64,000 bases of DNA, taken from assembly GCF_037042905.1 (NCBI RefSeq), contig NC_087252.1:2358001-2422000 (forward strand), given 5' to 3'. This document shows, piece by piece, positions 49,313 to 61,096 of the stretch (position 1 is the stretch's first letter; each line of letters starts with the position of its first letter). A program made the translations under genes and the position numbers. A model generated the notes under the pieces. The model saw only the letters and a program-made list of their open reading frames with translations, was not told the origin of the DNA and searched no databases. This stretch comes from Lytechinus pictus (lineage: Eukaryota).

Positions 49313-51838
49313 CCTTTGAGAGTGATAACTTTTCCATCTTCGACATAGGTAATTATAATAACGGGGACATGTTGACCAACATGAAAGTGGTATTTAGATC
49401 GTTGTTTATCAAAGGTGGCATTCGAATATGGCATAGTTTCATAAAGCTGATCGAGGATGGTGCCAGCAATTTCTCTCGAGTTTACACTTGACACAGTACA
49501 CCTTCCCCTGCCTCTTAATTTTCTAGATAATAAAGTGTTTGAACTGCAAGAAAATCGATCGTTAATTCATTCTTAGGACCCCCTTTTCATAGATTAGTTT
49601 ATCAAACTGTCATGATGTTCCCGTTTCACCACGAATAAAAAGATGGTCATGCTGATTAATAACCTCTTTATTGATCGGTATAAGTGTTTTACGTTTACAC
49701 TTTAAGACAAGGACGCTGTAAATAAACTAGAGATTTGTCAGGTTATCAATATCTGTCACACAATGTTTATGATCACTCACCAGTAATCGAGTGGTTGTCT
49801 GTCATTTTATTTTCTCCTTAATTTTAATTGATTCATTAAAGTACGGTTATTACATCACGGTATTTGTTCCATAGAACATGAGCCTCCAAAAAAATCAAGT
49901 GGAAATATGGGAGGCCTACAAGAATGTGCCGATGAATAATTTATACATGTAAAATCGTAAAGCCAATACAAGGGCAACTTTTAACATCATCAGCTCTAGA
50001 TCAGCTGCTCGTAAAGGTAATTTTGAATAACATCAATATATTTTACTTTATTCTGCAGTCCCACACCGGTGTACTGGCAAGAAATATATTTTTATCAGAT
50101 TTGATTTACACATCTGACCGACTGTACAATCGATGTAAACTTCCTCGCTTCGCTTGCTCACAAATCTACACCTACCATCTGACCAAATCAATGTTCTACA
50201 ACATAAAATTAGATTCATATTTCGACCACATCATTTGCTCTATTTATGTAAATAAGTTCGATTTCTGACGAAGCTGCCCGTCTGAATATTGTCATAAAAA
50301 AATACTAATCAGATTTGTCTGTTCTTTATCGTCTTTCGAATAATATTGAATAAAAACTAATTTATCCCACGATATTATAACGAAAACTAGATAGAGTCAT
50401 CGCAAAATTACAGATTTATTAACATGTTTCATTTGATGGAGCATGCATGGGACCAACTAAAGCCAGACTCCTCTACTTTTCATCTTTTACTTTCAAACAA
50501 GGTGACGCAACTTTGCCGACCCGATGCAGAAATCCTTCTTAAGTAAGTGACTGATAACTTCAATTACGAATAGTCTACCATGATATCAATAATGCTAAAC
50601 CACTATTCTGCCATTAAACATTTGCCCTGACAATTGTTTGTTTGTTTTTATTTCCGTCATAAAAGATACATAAATATATATACATGTAAAGAGATACAAG
50701 AAGTAACATATACATACATAATGAAATAAATTTTAAACATTAAATTAAAAAGGAGAAAATTAGTGATTGAAACATGTTAAGGAAGTTAAAAGATAATACA
50801 AACAAAAGATCAAACTTAAGACAATAGACGGTTGGATAACCTATGTTCAGCTGCACCAATTATATGTGCGGCTGGTCTTCCATTGGGACCAAATAAAAGA
50901 GAGAGAGAGATAGTCATAGGGAGAGGAACATGAGGACTGAAAAGAAAAGACAAAAGAGGGAAATGAGGGAAGAGAGAAAAGAAAAGGTAGGTAAAAAAGA
51001 AAGAAGGAAAGAAGAGAAAAAAAATCACAATGCACCATGACAATTGCAGCAAGGATATTAATAGTTCAAGATTTCCTTAAAGATATTTGTTTTGATATCT
51101 GATCGATAAATCATTCATACATGCATGCTAAACCCTAGATGCTTGACAGTAAGGAAAATACATTGTTTGCCGAAATGCATGGCTAGCATTCATGACTGTT
51201 GGGAGATTGCTCGTATGCTGTATACTACTCGAAGACAAATTATATTACGGTAAGAAGAAAGATGGGAGGCACAAACGTTTGGAAATAGATTAATTTAGTC
51301 AATGCCATCAGTGTAGACATTATGATTACCTTGATCGATATAAAAGGGAATAGGGAACTCTCAGGTTATTTGCAGAAAAACCACAGTGACACCAGGGAAT
51401 GTTACCGCAACTACTTGTTTGAGCAGGGTGTACGACAGGAGTTTCTTGAACTGATAAGACATATCTTAAACATAATTATGACATATGACATCGTATTTTC
51501 GGAAGATGTTTTCCCATAATAAGAAGTTATCGATTTGGCAAAACCTATTCAACATGTCCGATTACTGACGAAATCAGTGTGATCTTTGTTTTAGAAAAAG
51601 ACATCTATTTTCCTAGATACTTAAAGTCAGTTATAACCAGAGCCGTCAACGTGTCTGCGGTAAGCCAGAGTATCTCAAGATTCTCTGGAAATGCTGTGAT
51701 GCCAACTGTAACTTTTCATAACCGAAGTACTCATATTTCCTTGAATTTGCAAAGTTAGCTCGGATGTACATCACTTGTATTCTCTTTCCTTGAACCGTGG
51801 AGGTAGAAAGCCACGCTTGAACATCAATATCTGTAGTA

Positions 51839-52882
51839 ATGCCGGGGAGTACTGTGGAAACATCTGGCAATCTATCAATCATGTCGGAGGAGTCTCTGGA
51901 ATTCTGGGAAGCCTTTTCGCATCCAGTCAGGCAGGTGACCATAGCTTTGTGCATGATCTTATTTTCAATCGTAACGGCTGTTATCACCTTCTTCATTCTC
52001 AGACGATGCAAGGAGATTTACGATGACGACCCCTCTATTCGACTCTTCCAGTTCGTTGCTTTAGCCAATATGATGACTGGATTGTTTCTCTCTATGGTGT
52101 TTTTGCTTTCCAACCCAAAGGGGAAATTCCCTTACATTGGCACTACATGTCAGATTGGTAAATCTTTTATCTACATATTCCACTTTCAATCAACCGCCTT
52201 TGTTACCGCAATAACGATCAACCGATTTCTTCTTGTGAAGTGGCCGCTGCAGTACTACAGAGTCGTCAGTTTCAAGAAGATAAACTTTATAATTTCCGTG
52301 ATTCTGATAGTCTCAACCTTGTATATTGTGTACCTACCTCTTCCTAGCTTCCCGTTTCTCGAGGGATTAGAAGCTGAATGTTTTCGTTCTTCTTACGGTA
52401 ATTCTCGCCAGCGAATCATAAGTCGTATCATGCTTCTGCTTTGGTCAATAAATCACGTGATCATCATAGGAACCAACGTCTTGCTTTTGAAAATCGCACG
52501 TGACGTCCGACGGTCCAACCGTGTCGCCGCGGTTATGGACGCGTTGCGTTTGGAGCCTACCGCGTTGGGACGCAAACGTCTTGTGGTCCGACGTGATGTT
52601 AACCGCAGCGCAACAAAACGTCAACATCGCGGCGTTATTCTCGTAATTTCAATAAGTACTGTATATTTTGTGTCGTCTTTGCCAGGCTTGGTAGTTCTTT
52701 CCATGATGTCTAAGGAATCAGCGACTTTATCTCCCTACGCATACATAGTTGTGTCTTTCCTCAGTTTAGTAAGCAGTGTATGGAACATCATTGCCTTCAT
52801 CCTGTTCGATACCAAATTTCGGCGCGTAATCTGCAACATGTTTAAAAGGACCACTCGCTCTGAACGAATAATGATACTGTAG
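51839..52882 (+). CDS. Intronless orphan rhodopsin-type (class A) GPCR, copy 1
   Basis: 347-aa ORF with seven hydrophobic segments, TM3 Cys, INRF in place of DRY followed by WPLQY, and a helix-8-like DTKFRR. Confidence 0.9.
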   Translation: MPGSTVETSGNLSIMSEESLEFWEAFSHPVRQVTIALCMILFSIVTAVITFFILRRCKEIYDDDPSIRLFQFVALANMMTGLFLSMVFLLSNPKGKFPYIGTTCQIGKSFIYIFHFQSTAFVTAITINRFLLVKWPLQYYRVVSFKKINFIISVILIVSTLYIVYLPLPSFPFLEGLEAECFRSSYGNSRQRIISRIMLLLWSINHVIIIGTNVLLLKIARDVRRSNRVAAVMDALRLEPTALGRKRLVVRRDVNRSATKRQHRGVILVISISTVYFVSSLPGLVVLSMMSKESATLSPYAYIVVSFLSLVSSVWNIIAFILFDTKFRRVICNMFKRTTRSERIMIL

Positions 52883-53365
52883 AAAATATTTAGAGAATGT
52901 TACAGAAAGTAATGGAAGTGAAAGATGACTTAATACTGCAATTCTATACATCATTACAAAATTAATTATTTCAATTTAATTCATTTAATATCTGTTTCAA
53001 TCCCAATTCAGCAAATGGATGGGATGTATATATGAGTGCTGTGTGTGGGGGTGTCAGAGTCAGTGTGTGTGTGTATATCAATATACAGTTTTACAATAGT
53101 GTGGTTATTTCAATCGGAAAGTGAGCTATTCGTTGAAAGCAAAAAAAACAAAAAAACAAAAACGTTCAAATCATCTGGGTACACACTTAAACTGTTGGCC
53201 AACATATTGTCCCCTGTGTTGGGTAATGCTTATTGGTCAAACTTATATATTTATATATATATATATTGTGAAAGAACTGGATGAAGAGAACAATGGTAGG
53301 CGTAGCTTAAATCAAGGTTCCCCAGAGCTATCTACCCTATGGAAAAATTGGTGATGCCGAAAAAA

Positions 53366-53437
53366 TGTCTCTGCCGGGAATCGAACCCGGGCCCCCAGCT
53401 TTGAACGCCGGTGCCTTAACCACAAAACCATAGAGAC
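53366..53437 (-). tRNA. tRNA-like gene, anticodon TCA, in left arm (probably repeat-borne or pseudo)
   Basis: Inverted copy of 53566-53637. D-loop GG retained, one acceptor-stem mismatch, T6 downstream on minus. Confidence 0.55.
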
Positions 53438-53565
53438 GGGTTTGTGGCTAGGGCGACCCCGATCCGATTGACCGTCAGATAGACAGATTTTCGACACTCT
53501 ACCAATTATAATTTCCTTTGTCTGGTGAAGGTGGGTTTTGAACAATGACAAGCCGCCACAAACCC

Positions 53566-53637
53566 GTCTCTGTGGTCTTGTAGTTAAGGCACCGGCGTTC
53601 AAAGCTGGGGGCCCGGGTTCGATTCCCGGCAGAGACA
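53566..53637 (+). tRNA. tRNA-like gene, anticodon TCA, in right arm (probably repeat-borne or pseudo)
   Basis: GTCTCTG/CAGAGAC acceptor; GTCT/AGGC D-stem; CCGGC-GTTCAAA-GCTGG anticodon arm; CCGGG-TTCGATT-CCCGG T arm; TTTTTT immediately downstream. Confidence 0.6.
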
Positions 53638-53784
53638 TTTTTTCGGCATCACCAATTTTTCCATAGGGTAGATAGCTCTGGGGAACCTTGATTTAAGCTA
53701 CGCCTACCATTGTTCTCTTCATCCAGTTCTTTCACAACATATTTAAATAAAGGAGTTGCCAAAGCTGTTGTACATGTATAGCTT

Positions 53785-53818
<34 letters not shown>

Positions 53819-55043
53819 ATCACAAAAGGTTTACTAAATGCCGTAGAAAAAATCGTAGATTTTAAAAGGAGCATAGCTCTCAAAAATGAAAGGTACAGTC
53901 ACACTCTTCGTCAGTGCCCATGATGTGACAAAAAAGAGAATTCAAAATCCGTTTCTGAAACAGTCGTGAAAACACGTCTCTTCATGGGCAAACGGATTGT
54001 GAAACTCCCTTTCAAAGAAATCAATACGCTGAAGATGGAGGAAGCGCACTGTAAAAGACGCATCTAAAGACGCGTAATATATATAGATATATTGTGGGTA
54101 ATTATTACCCAATTTGGACAGATTTTTACCAGTAGTTGTGTGGACAGTATGTTGCCCAGGGTTGGTTAAAAGTTTGGCATGCTTTGCCCAACTATTTTAA
54201 GAGTGCATTTTGTTTTATTTGCCTTCATTTGTTTACATTTATCTACTTGTTCATATATCATATACCATCATATATTCCTAAATTGAATGATACGAAAGAA
54301 ATTACGACAGCAGGTAAGGGGGTCGTAAAGTGGTTTATACTACAATGTTTGTGTTCCATACTTAAAAATAAGATCGGCCTCTTAAAATTAAAAAAAGTAG
54401 TTGTGTTATACGAGAACCGTCTTTAGTTTAAATCCGTTGATGAAGCTTTAAGTACTTTTGAAGGTTCTCTCTTTTTTTAAGATATTCATTGAAGTCATTT
54501 TCATTTCAAGGTAGGCTATCCATTTCAATCATGATATTGTCATATTTGTCATCATTTTTTTTTTTTCGGGAAATATTTGAATAAAAACAAGACATTTATC
54601 GAACATCATTAGACTAAAGATAAGGAAGACAGAATATATCTACTAAGATCTATGATAGTAGATATTCTCATTGTTACACAAACACACACACACACACGCA
54701 ATCTCTCTCTCTTCCTCTCTTTTTTTCCTTTTCTTTATCCCCCCCCCCCCCCCTCTTCCGTGCTAATTTCTGGTTAGTCAGAACTCATTGTTTTTATGTT
54801 ATTAGGCCGCATTTATTTTCCATTTTGGTTTATCATGATGGGAAGCATGTCATAATTTAATACATGCGTCCCTAACATGATAAACAACCTTCCGTGTTTT
54901 AATGTTTCTTATGATGTAGAATTCTTGTAACTTGAGCTTTTTTACTTCATGATGAATGTATTTTTATGTAAATGTTTGTAAAGGGTTATGCAATTCGGCT
55001 TTACAGCCTCTACAAATACCCTTGTTGTAATAAACCTTTTTAA

Positions 55044-55638
55044 AGGGGAATCCAGCCTTGGCCATAAAATGTTGCGTTGGGAAGGAGAAAAATAAATTTA
55101 ACAGAATGGTGAAAGTTTGAAAGAAATCAGACAAGCAATAAGAAAGTTATAGCTGCTTTAAAATTGAGATCACTAATACTATGTAGATTTCAAATTGGCA
55201 ACTGGGTAAGTAAATTATGACAACGGGCAAGGACAACTTTCCCATAGGCCTTGTACTTTATTATCAAAGATTTGTGGTTTTCTCCTAAGTACCCATTCCC
55301 CTGGGGCAGTAATCTAAATATAATCCAGGTAGTATATTGTTTTATGTCCTCATGAAAGAAACATATCATTTTAAATAAAACTTTTGGGAAAAATGACATT
55401 TTAGCCATAATATTTATTGGAGTTTATGGAAGAGTAGTCCTTGCCTTACATCACTATTACATCCCATATGTGGCCAATTTGAAGTCTCCATGGGTATAGT
55501 AATTACCAATATTTATAACTTTTAAAAATTCATAATTTTCTTGTTGTTTGTCCAATATTGTTCAAACTTTCACCTATCAACTTGTCTGATTTTTCTTTTC
55601 CTTATAAAAACAAGTTTTTATCTGGGTTGGATTCCCCT
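55044..55638. mobile_element. TTAA-flanked Kolobok-like MITE between the two GPCRs
   Basis: TTAA|AGGGGAATCCAGCC ... GGTTGGATTCCCCT|TTAA. Confidence 0.85.
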
Positions 55639-57318
55639 TTAAATGAATAAAATTATTACGGCCTGTTTCATTTAACCGAGAGGGGGTACTCACGAAGCCA
55701 AGCTCCCATCTTTCATCATGTTCATTTCTTCTCACTTTCAGATCCTTGCTCCTAGGAAATTCAAAATAAATTTGCAAACGTTTTCAAAGCAAATTTGTTG
55801 GCTGGTGCCTCATATTTCCTACAATGTTTGATCACGTTTAAAAGTAAGAGGGATATCGATCATATATTTATGTTCATGTCACACCACCAAAACCGATTCC
55901 AGTCCGATTGCAGCTATTGCGTTATACTGAATGGTGCATCCAATCGGATTGGGGTCGACTTCCCAAGGGTGACTGTTTGTAATTATTGCGTTAAGAAATT
56001 TTGGAATAAAACAGAGATGAGCTTCTGCGTTGGGAAACGTGGCAGCAATGTTTGCTTACTGATTCGCTCTCAGCTAATAATGCAAGAATACATTTTGCTT
56101 ATAATAATTCTGGAGAGAGCATCTCTCTGGTAAAACGCACACCGCATGACAGCAGCATGAAGAGATCTGCTAGTGGCTGCCACTGACAGCTGTTATGAGC
56201 TATTGAAAATCCTCTGATCTGATTGGCCGAAATTAAAGAAGTCAGTAGCAATTGTTGATAGGTTTTGCTATTAAATGCTTCTCCGACATAGCAATTCTGC
56301 TTACCTATCTGATGGATAACGTTAGTTCCGGAGTGTCTGCCTTTCAATCAACATCGCATAAAAATGCCCTGGCAATAAATATTAGTTCAGACAACGTAGC
56401 ATCGCAGCATGAACATTAAATCTCCTAAGATTTTTTTTAAATAGATCTTATGGCGAGATCTCATTTCTACAGACAAGTTGATTCTTAGAGAAGTTATTTT
56501 GTTTGCAAGGTATTAAGACAAAGCAAATGGTTGTTCGAATGCGGCAGGCTATGCAATGACATTTTCAGAAATATTGACATCACGGTAGAAAGGACATTGT
56601 TTGGCGCCTTACATTTTGATAAAAGATGAAAATAATCGTCGAAGTCATCACTATAGTCATAATAATTGATTTGATCAACAGAAAGGAGAATCGAGAATTA
56701 TCTACCTATTTGCAAAACATCGACCATCTCGCCAGCTCGGGAATCTTTATTCATCTGAATTTTCGTGACATTCGACATGTTTGAGCAAGGTCTACGGCAC
56801 GAGTTTCTTGAACATGTCAACGTATATCAGGACAAACAGTTTTATTGCAGCTACCAATCTGATATCACCTCAACACGCAAGATTTCCCCATGAATCAAGA
56901 GGGTTAAAGAAAATTGCGCATCTTTAATCATTTCTGCTCGTATACTTTTTTCTGTAACAACCGAATAGTCACAGATAATGTCATTAGCAAGGAATTTCAT
57001 CTAACGAACATCGGGAATAGTCTTTGGTCATATTGATAGTTGTTATAATGTTCCATGCATGACAAAATCCTTCGTTAATCACAGCAAAAGGTAATGGTCA
57101 TGATAAATTTATCATTATGGAAACTGGAATATAAAGAAATAGCATGAGACTGAAAGGCTTGGCTGACCTCAAAATCTTGACTGAGTGATTTGTGAGCGTT
57201 GCAATCATAATCAGGAAATCTTCAAAATGTGCAATAAAACTTGATATTCCTTTAAATGTATTAAACAAGCTCGTTTGCCCATTGCTACCTTTTTGTCTTT
57301 AATAAAAGGTTGAGAGTA

Positions 57319-58350
57319 ATGTCTTGGATTGATACGGTACCAACTGACCATCTATCAACCCTGTCCATAGAGCCTTTCGAGTTCTTGAACGCGTATCCAG
57401 TCCGGCAGGTGATTATAGGTGCGTTCATGATTGTGTGCTCCGTCATTACCGCGGTTATCACCCACATCATCCTCAAACGATGCAGGGATAATGACGAGGA
57501 TGACCGCTCTATTCGGCTCTTTCAGTTCGTTGCCTTTGCTAATATGATGGCAGGATTATCTATTTCGATAGTCTTCATGCTTTCTGATCCTGGGGGAAAA
57601 TCCCCATACACCGCCGTTGTATGTCAGATCGGTAAAACATTCATCTACGTCTTCAACTTTCAAGCAACCGCGTTTGTAACCGCAATAACGGTCAACCGAT
57701 TCCTTCATGTGAAGTGGCCCCTTCAGTACTACAGAGTCGTCAGTTTGAAAAAGATAAACTTAATAATTTCGATGATTCTTCTTATTTCAACTGTATATTG
57801 TGTCTACCTCCCTCTTCCCAGCTTTCCTTTCGTCGGGGGATTACAGCCGGAGTGCTTCGGGTCCCCTTATCTTGAATCTCACCAGCAAATCATCACTCTT
57901 GTCTTGCTGCTAATGTGGTCAATAAATCATGTGATTATCTTGGGAACTAACATTCTCCTATTAAAAATCACGCATGACGTCCGCAGATCTCGACGCATCG
58001 CCGCGGTAACTGACAAATCGCAATCAACCGCAACGGGAAGCACATTCATTGAAGCATTCCGCGGTACCAACCGGAGCACAAGAAAACGTCAACATCGCGG
58101 CGTTATTCTCGTGATCTCAATAAGCGTCATATATTTTCTGTCATGTTTGCCAAGCATAGTTGTTTTATCTATGATCGCCGCTCAGACAGCGGGTTTCTCT
58201 CCTTATGTCTATCTTGGTGTGTTTTTGCTCGGTATAGTAAGCAGTGTCTGGAACATAATAGCATTTATCCTGTTCGATACCAAATTTCGACGCGTCATCT
58301 GCGGCATGTTTAAAAGAACAACTCGCTCAGAACAACTAGTAATATTCTAG
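57319..58350 (+). CDS. Intronless orphan rhodopsin-type GPCR, copy 2 (tandem paralog)
   Basis: First ATG at 57319 (the track start 57310 is TTG). Collinear with copy 1, with identical blocks such as VKWPLQYYRVVS, YLPLPSFPF, WSINHVII and SSVWNIIAFILFDTKFRRVIC. Confidence 0.9.
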   Translation: MSWIDTVPTDHLSTLSIEPFEFLNAYPVRQVIIGAFMIVCSVITAVITHIILKRCRDNDEDDRSIRLFQFVAFANMMAGLSISIVFMLSDPGGKSPYTAVVCQIGKTFIYVFNFQATAFVTAITVNRFLHVKWPLQYYRVVSLKKINLIISMILLISTVYCVYLPLPSFPFVGGLQPECFGSPYLESHQQIITLVLLLMWSINHVIILGTNILLLKITHDVRRSRRIAAVTDKSQSTATGSTFIEAFRGTNRSTRKRQHRGVILVISISVIYFLSCLPSIVVLSMIAAQTAGFSPYVYLGVFLLGIVSSVWNIIAFILFDTKFRRVICGMFKRTTRSEQLVIF

Positions 58351-61096
58351 TAGTATACTTTAGAAAGTATAAACTTTAGAAAGTATTCAATATGAATAAC
58401 TACAAGATTAATATATTTTTGTTTCTGTCTTTTTTCTGTTTACGTTGGAAATTATTGCAATTCATACCACTCTAATTCCGTTTTTAATAGGCAGTCAGAT
58501 GTGATATTACATTCTGTACAAAACATCCGTTATATAAACTGCGGTGAACGGGATGGAATGTTTGCCTTACCTAAAAAGACAAGGTACATGATATCTTTTT
58601 TGGGGGGCAGACACTGGTAACAACTTTATTAAATTCAGTTTAACTTCTTTAGACGGACTGTCAAAGTAATGATAAACTTTTGAGAGTCCCTATTCCATCA
58701 TTATACTGTATCGGTAAAAATGAATTTATGATATTACTGATCACCATGACCATGTAACATGTAGTTTTATATATTTCTCTCTCCCTCTCTTATGATAATT
58801 TTGTCTGGGTTTTAAAGATCATGATATGGGGTTTCGAACAAACTTAGATAATATTTGAATTGAAATTGGCAACATTCGGATTGAAAAAAAAATCATGCAA
58901 ATTGTCAAATCTTTTAGAAAAGTAAATTTAGCTCATGATAAACATGATATCGACCAATGATATGCATTAATGTATTAATCTAATACATTCTATTTGGCTG
59001 GAGTAGGTTTCATCAGTGTGGCCATATCATTACTGTTCATTACAGAGCTATATATAGGATATCATACTACACCAATGTTCTTAGAACATGTACAATTAGG
59101 TCAATCAAATATCTGGGCCAAATATTTCCAACAATCAAGTTAGATTTAGATCATTAAATTCGGGTTAGATGTCATGGAATATGAGGAGTGTTTCACGATC
59201 AAATTTTTTGTGTTTTTCATTGACAACTGTAATAAGCTACTGAAATCCTTGCATCTGATTGGCTAATAACTGTACGTCAATTATGTCTGGGAAAATGATT
59301 CAAATATGAAAATGAGACAGCTCGAAGTAAATGTTAACAGTAGATGCTTAGCGATTGAAATTGGTACCGATTGCTACGATTGACTTTATTGCTTTAATAT
59401 TGTGTATAACAATCTTTTCAAAGCAAAGATCACTCGCTGACCTTAGTTTTACGGGGCCCCATAACCATTATGACCAGAATCGAGTAGTATGGTCAGATTG
59501 TCATCTCTACATAAGCCATTGTTTTAATTTCATTTTATAAGTTTGAGAAGTTGAAGAGAATTAAATTGATTAATCCCGTAGCGTTGAGTTACAATAAGTG
59601 AGTTGGTGTGTGTGTATATTTTTGCTTCATCAGCTTGGAATTGATATCTCAACCATAGCACGGTGACAATCAACACTTGCTAATGATTATTTCATCAAAA
59701 TAATGGGATTTAATGTGGTGAAGAGTTCTCCCGTCCAATGTGGAAAGATAATTAGGTAGGCCTTCATATACAATTTCGTCTTTCCCATAGCATGATTAGA
59801 GTCTTCTTGTCTTTATCGTTATTTGAACTATTGTTACATTTATTATGAATATTATTTTCGCATCCTAATTATTATCATGATTATCATCATAAATTACATC
59901 CCCAATGCATTTATTATCATTTTTGCCATTATTACTACTTTTGTGCAATATTATAATCATTAATATCACTATCATTTCCATTATAGCTATTAAACGAAAT
60001 TTATCATGCTTATCGATGCCGCAGTCGTTTCTGCATTGACCAAAACTTTTTCCGAACAATGCCCCCTCCCCCCCCCAAAAAAAAAAAAGGGTTTAGTTCA
60101 TTTCTAATAAACCTGACTGGAAAACCTTCATTTTCTTATAACTTTCTCTTCCCCCTCCCTGCTTGCCCGTCTATCTTTCTGTCTGGGTGTCTTTCTCTAT
60201 ATCTCTTTATATTTCGTTCGTTATTTCTTACACCTCCCCTCTCTTTATTTTAATACACATCAGCTCCCTCCCCAGTTCTGCTTTCTATCAAATGACATGG
60301 CATGGTAAAACATTGTATCCCACCTCTAATTGTAGGCTAACTGCCTTCAAAGCGCTTTGAACAATCACCAACCAGCAATCACAACTGAATAATACATACA
60401 ATACAAAAAAAATTAGCGCAATAATTATATTTAGATATCCTTTAATCACAATTCAGTCTGACTCATTATGCACAAGGTTATACACGTAACAAGGTGATTT
60501 TTTTTTCTAAATACACAAAATCTTCGTGATCTTTGGCAAGTAAGGTATAGATAATGCACATTAAATACAATACATGTACTACATTCAGAAAATCATAAAC
60601 TAGTGAATATGAATATAGATTTGAAGAGAATCAGGAGAAATTGCATATTGATGATTGCGCATTAAGATTACCTTTCTTGAATAAAATGAAAATGATTTTC
60701 TATTGATATGCTTTGTAACAATGAGGAATTGGAGGCTTTGGTTGATTGATTGTATGGCAAAATATGAGAGATCGAGAGGGTTAATAAAAAGAACACCTGA
60801 TAAAAAAATGCAAGATGAAATCAATTATTCGTAATTGTGATATTCTTAGCCTTCGTGTTGGTGACTCAAGAAATCGGGAAAGAGGGGTGGAGGGGGATGT
60901 AAAAGAATCATCATATTTCACTATTTCCGTTTTTTTATTAACAAACAAAAATACAAAGTGAGCAATGAAAGGTGGACGGAAGGGCTCGTGTACTCTTTTC
61001 GTACATGGGAAGTAACTTCCCCGGTTTTTTAAAAGCAAAATAGGGACAACAAGCCCCTTGAAATCCCCCCATATCCTTGCCCAGTAGCATCATCTG

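Larger units (their letters stand above)
53266..53737. mobile_element. Fold-back element: two 183-bp inverted arms (53266-53448, 53555-53737) around a 106-bp spacer, in a (TA)n context
   Basis: Arms are reverse complements except about 4 substitutions, all near the inner ends. Confidence 0.9.

Noticed and set aside
53566..53637. Selenocysteine tRNA gene
   Set aside because: TCA anticodon but only 72 nt with a 4-nt variable loop and 7/5 acceptor/T stems; tRNA-Sec has a long variable arm and an extended acceptor-T helix.
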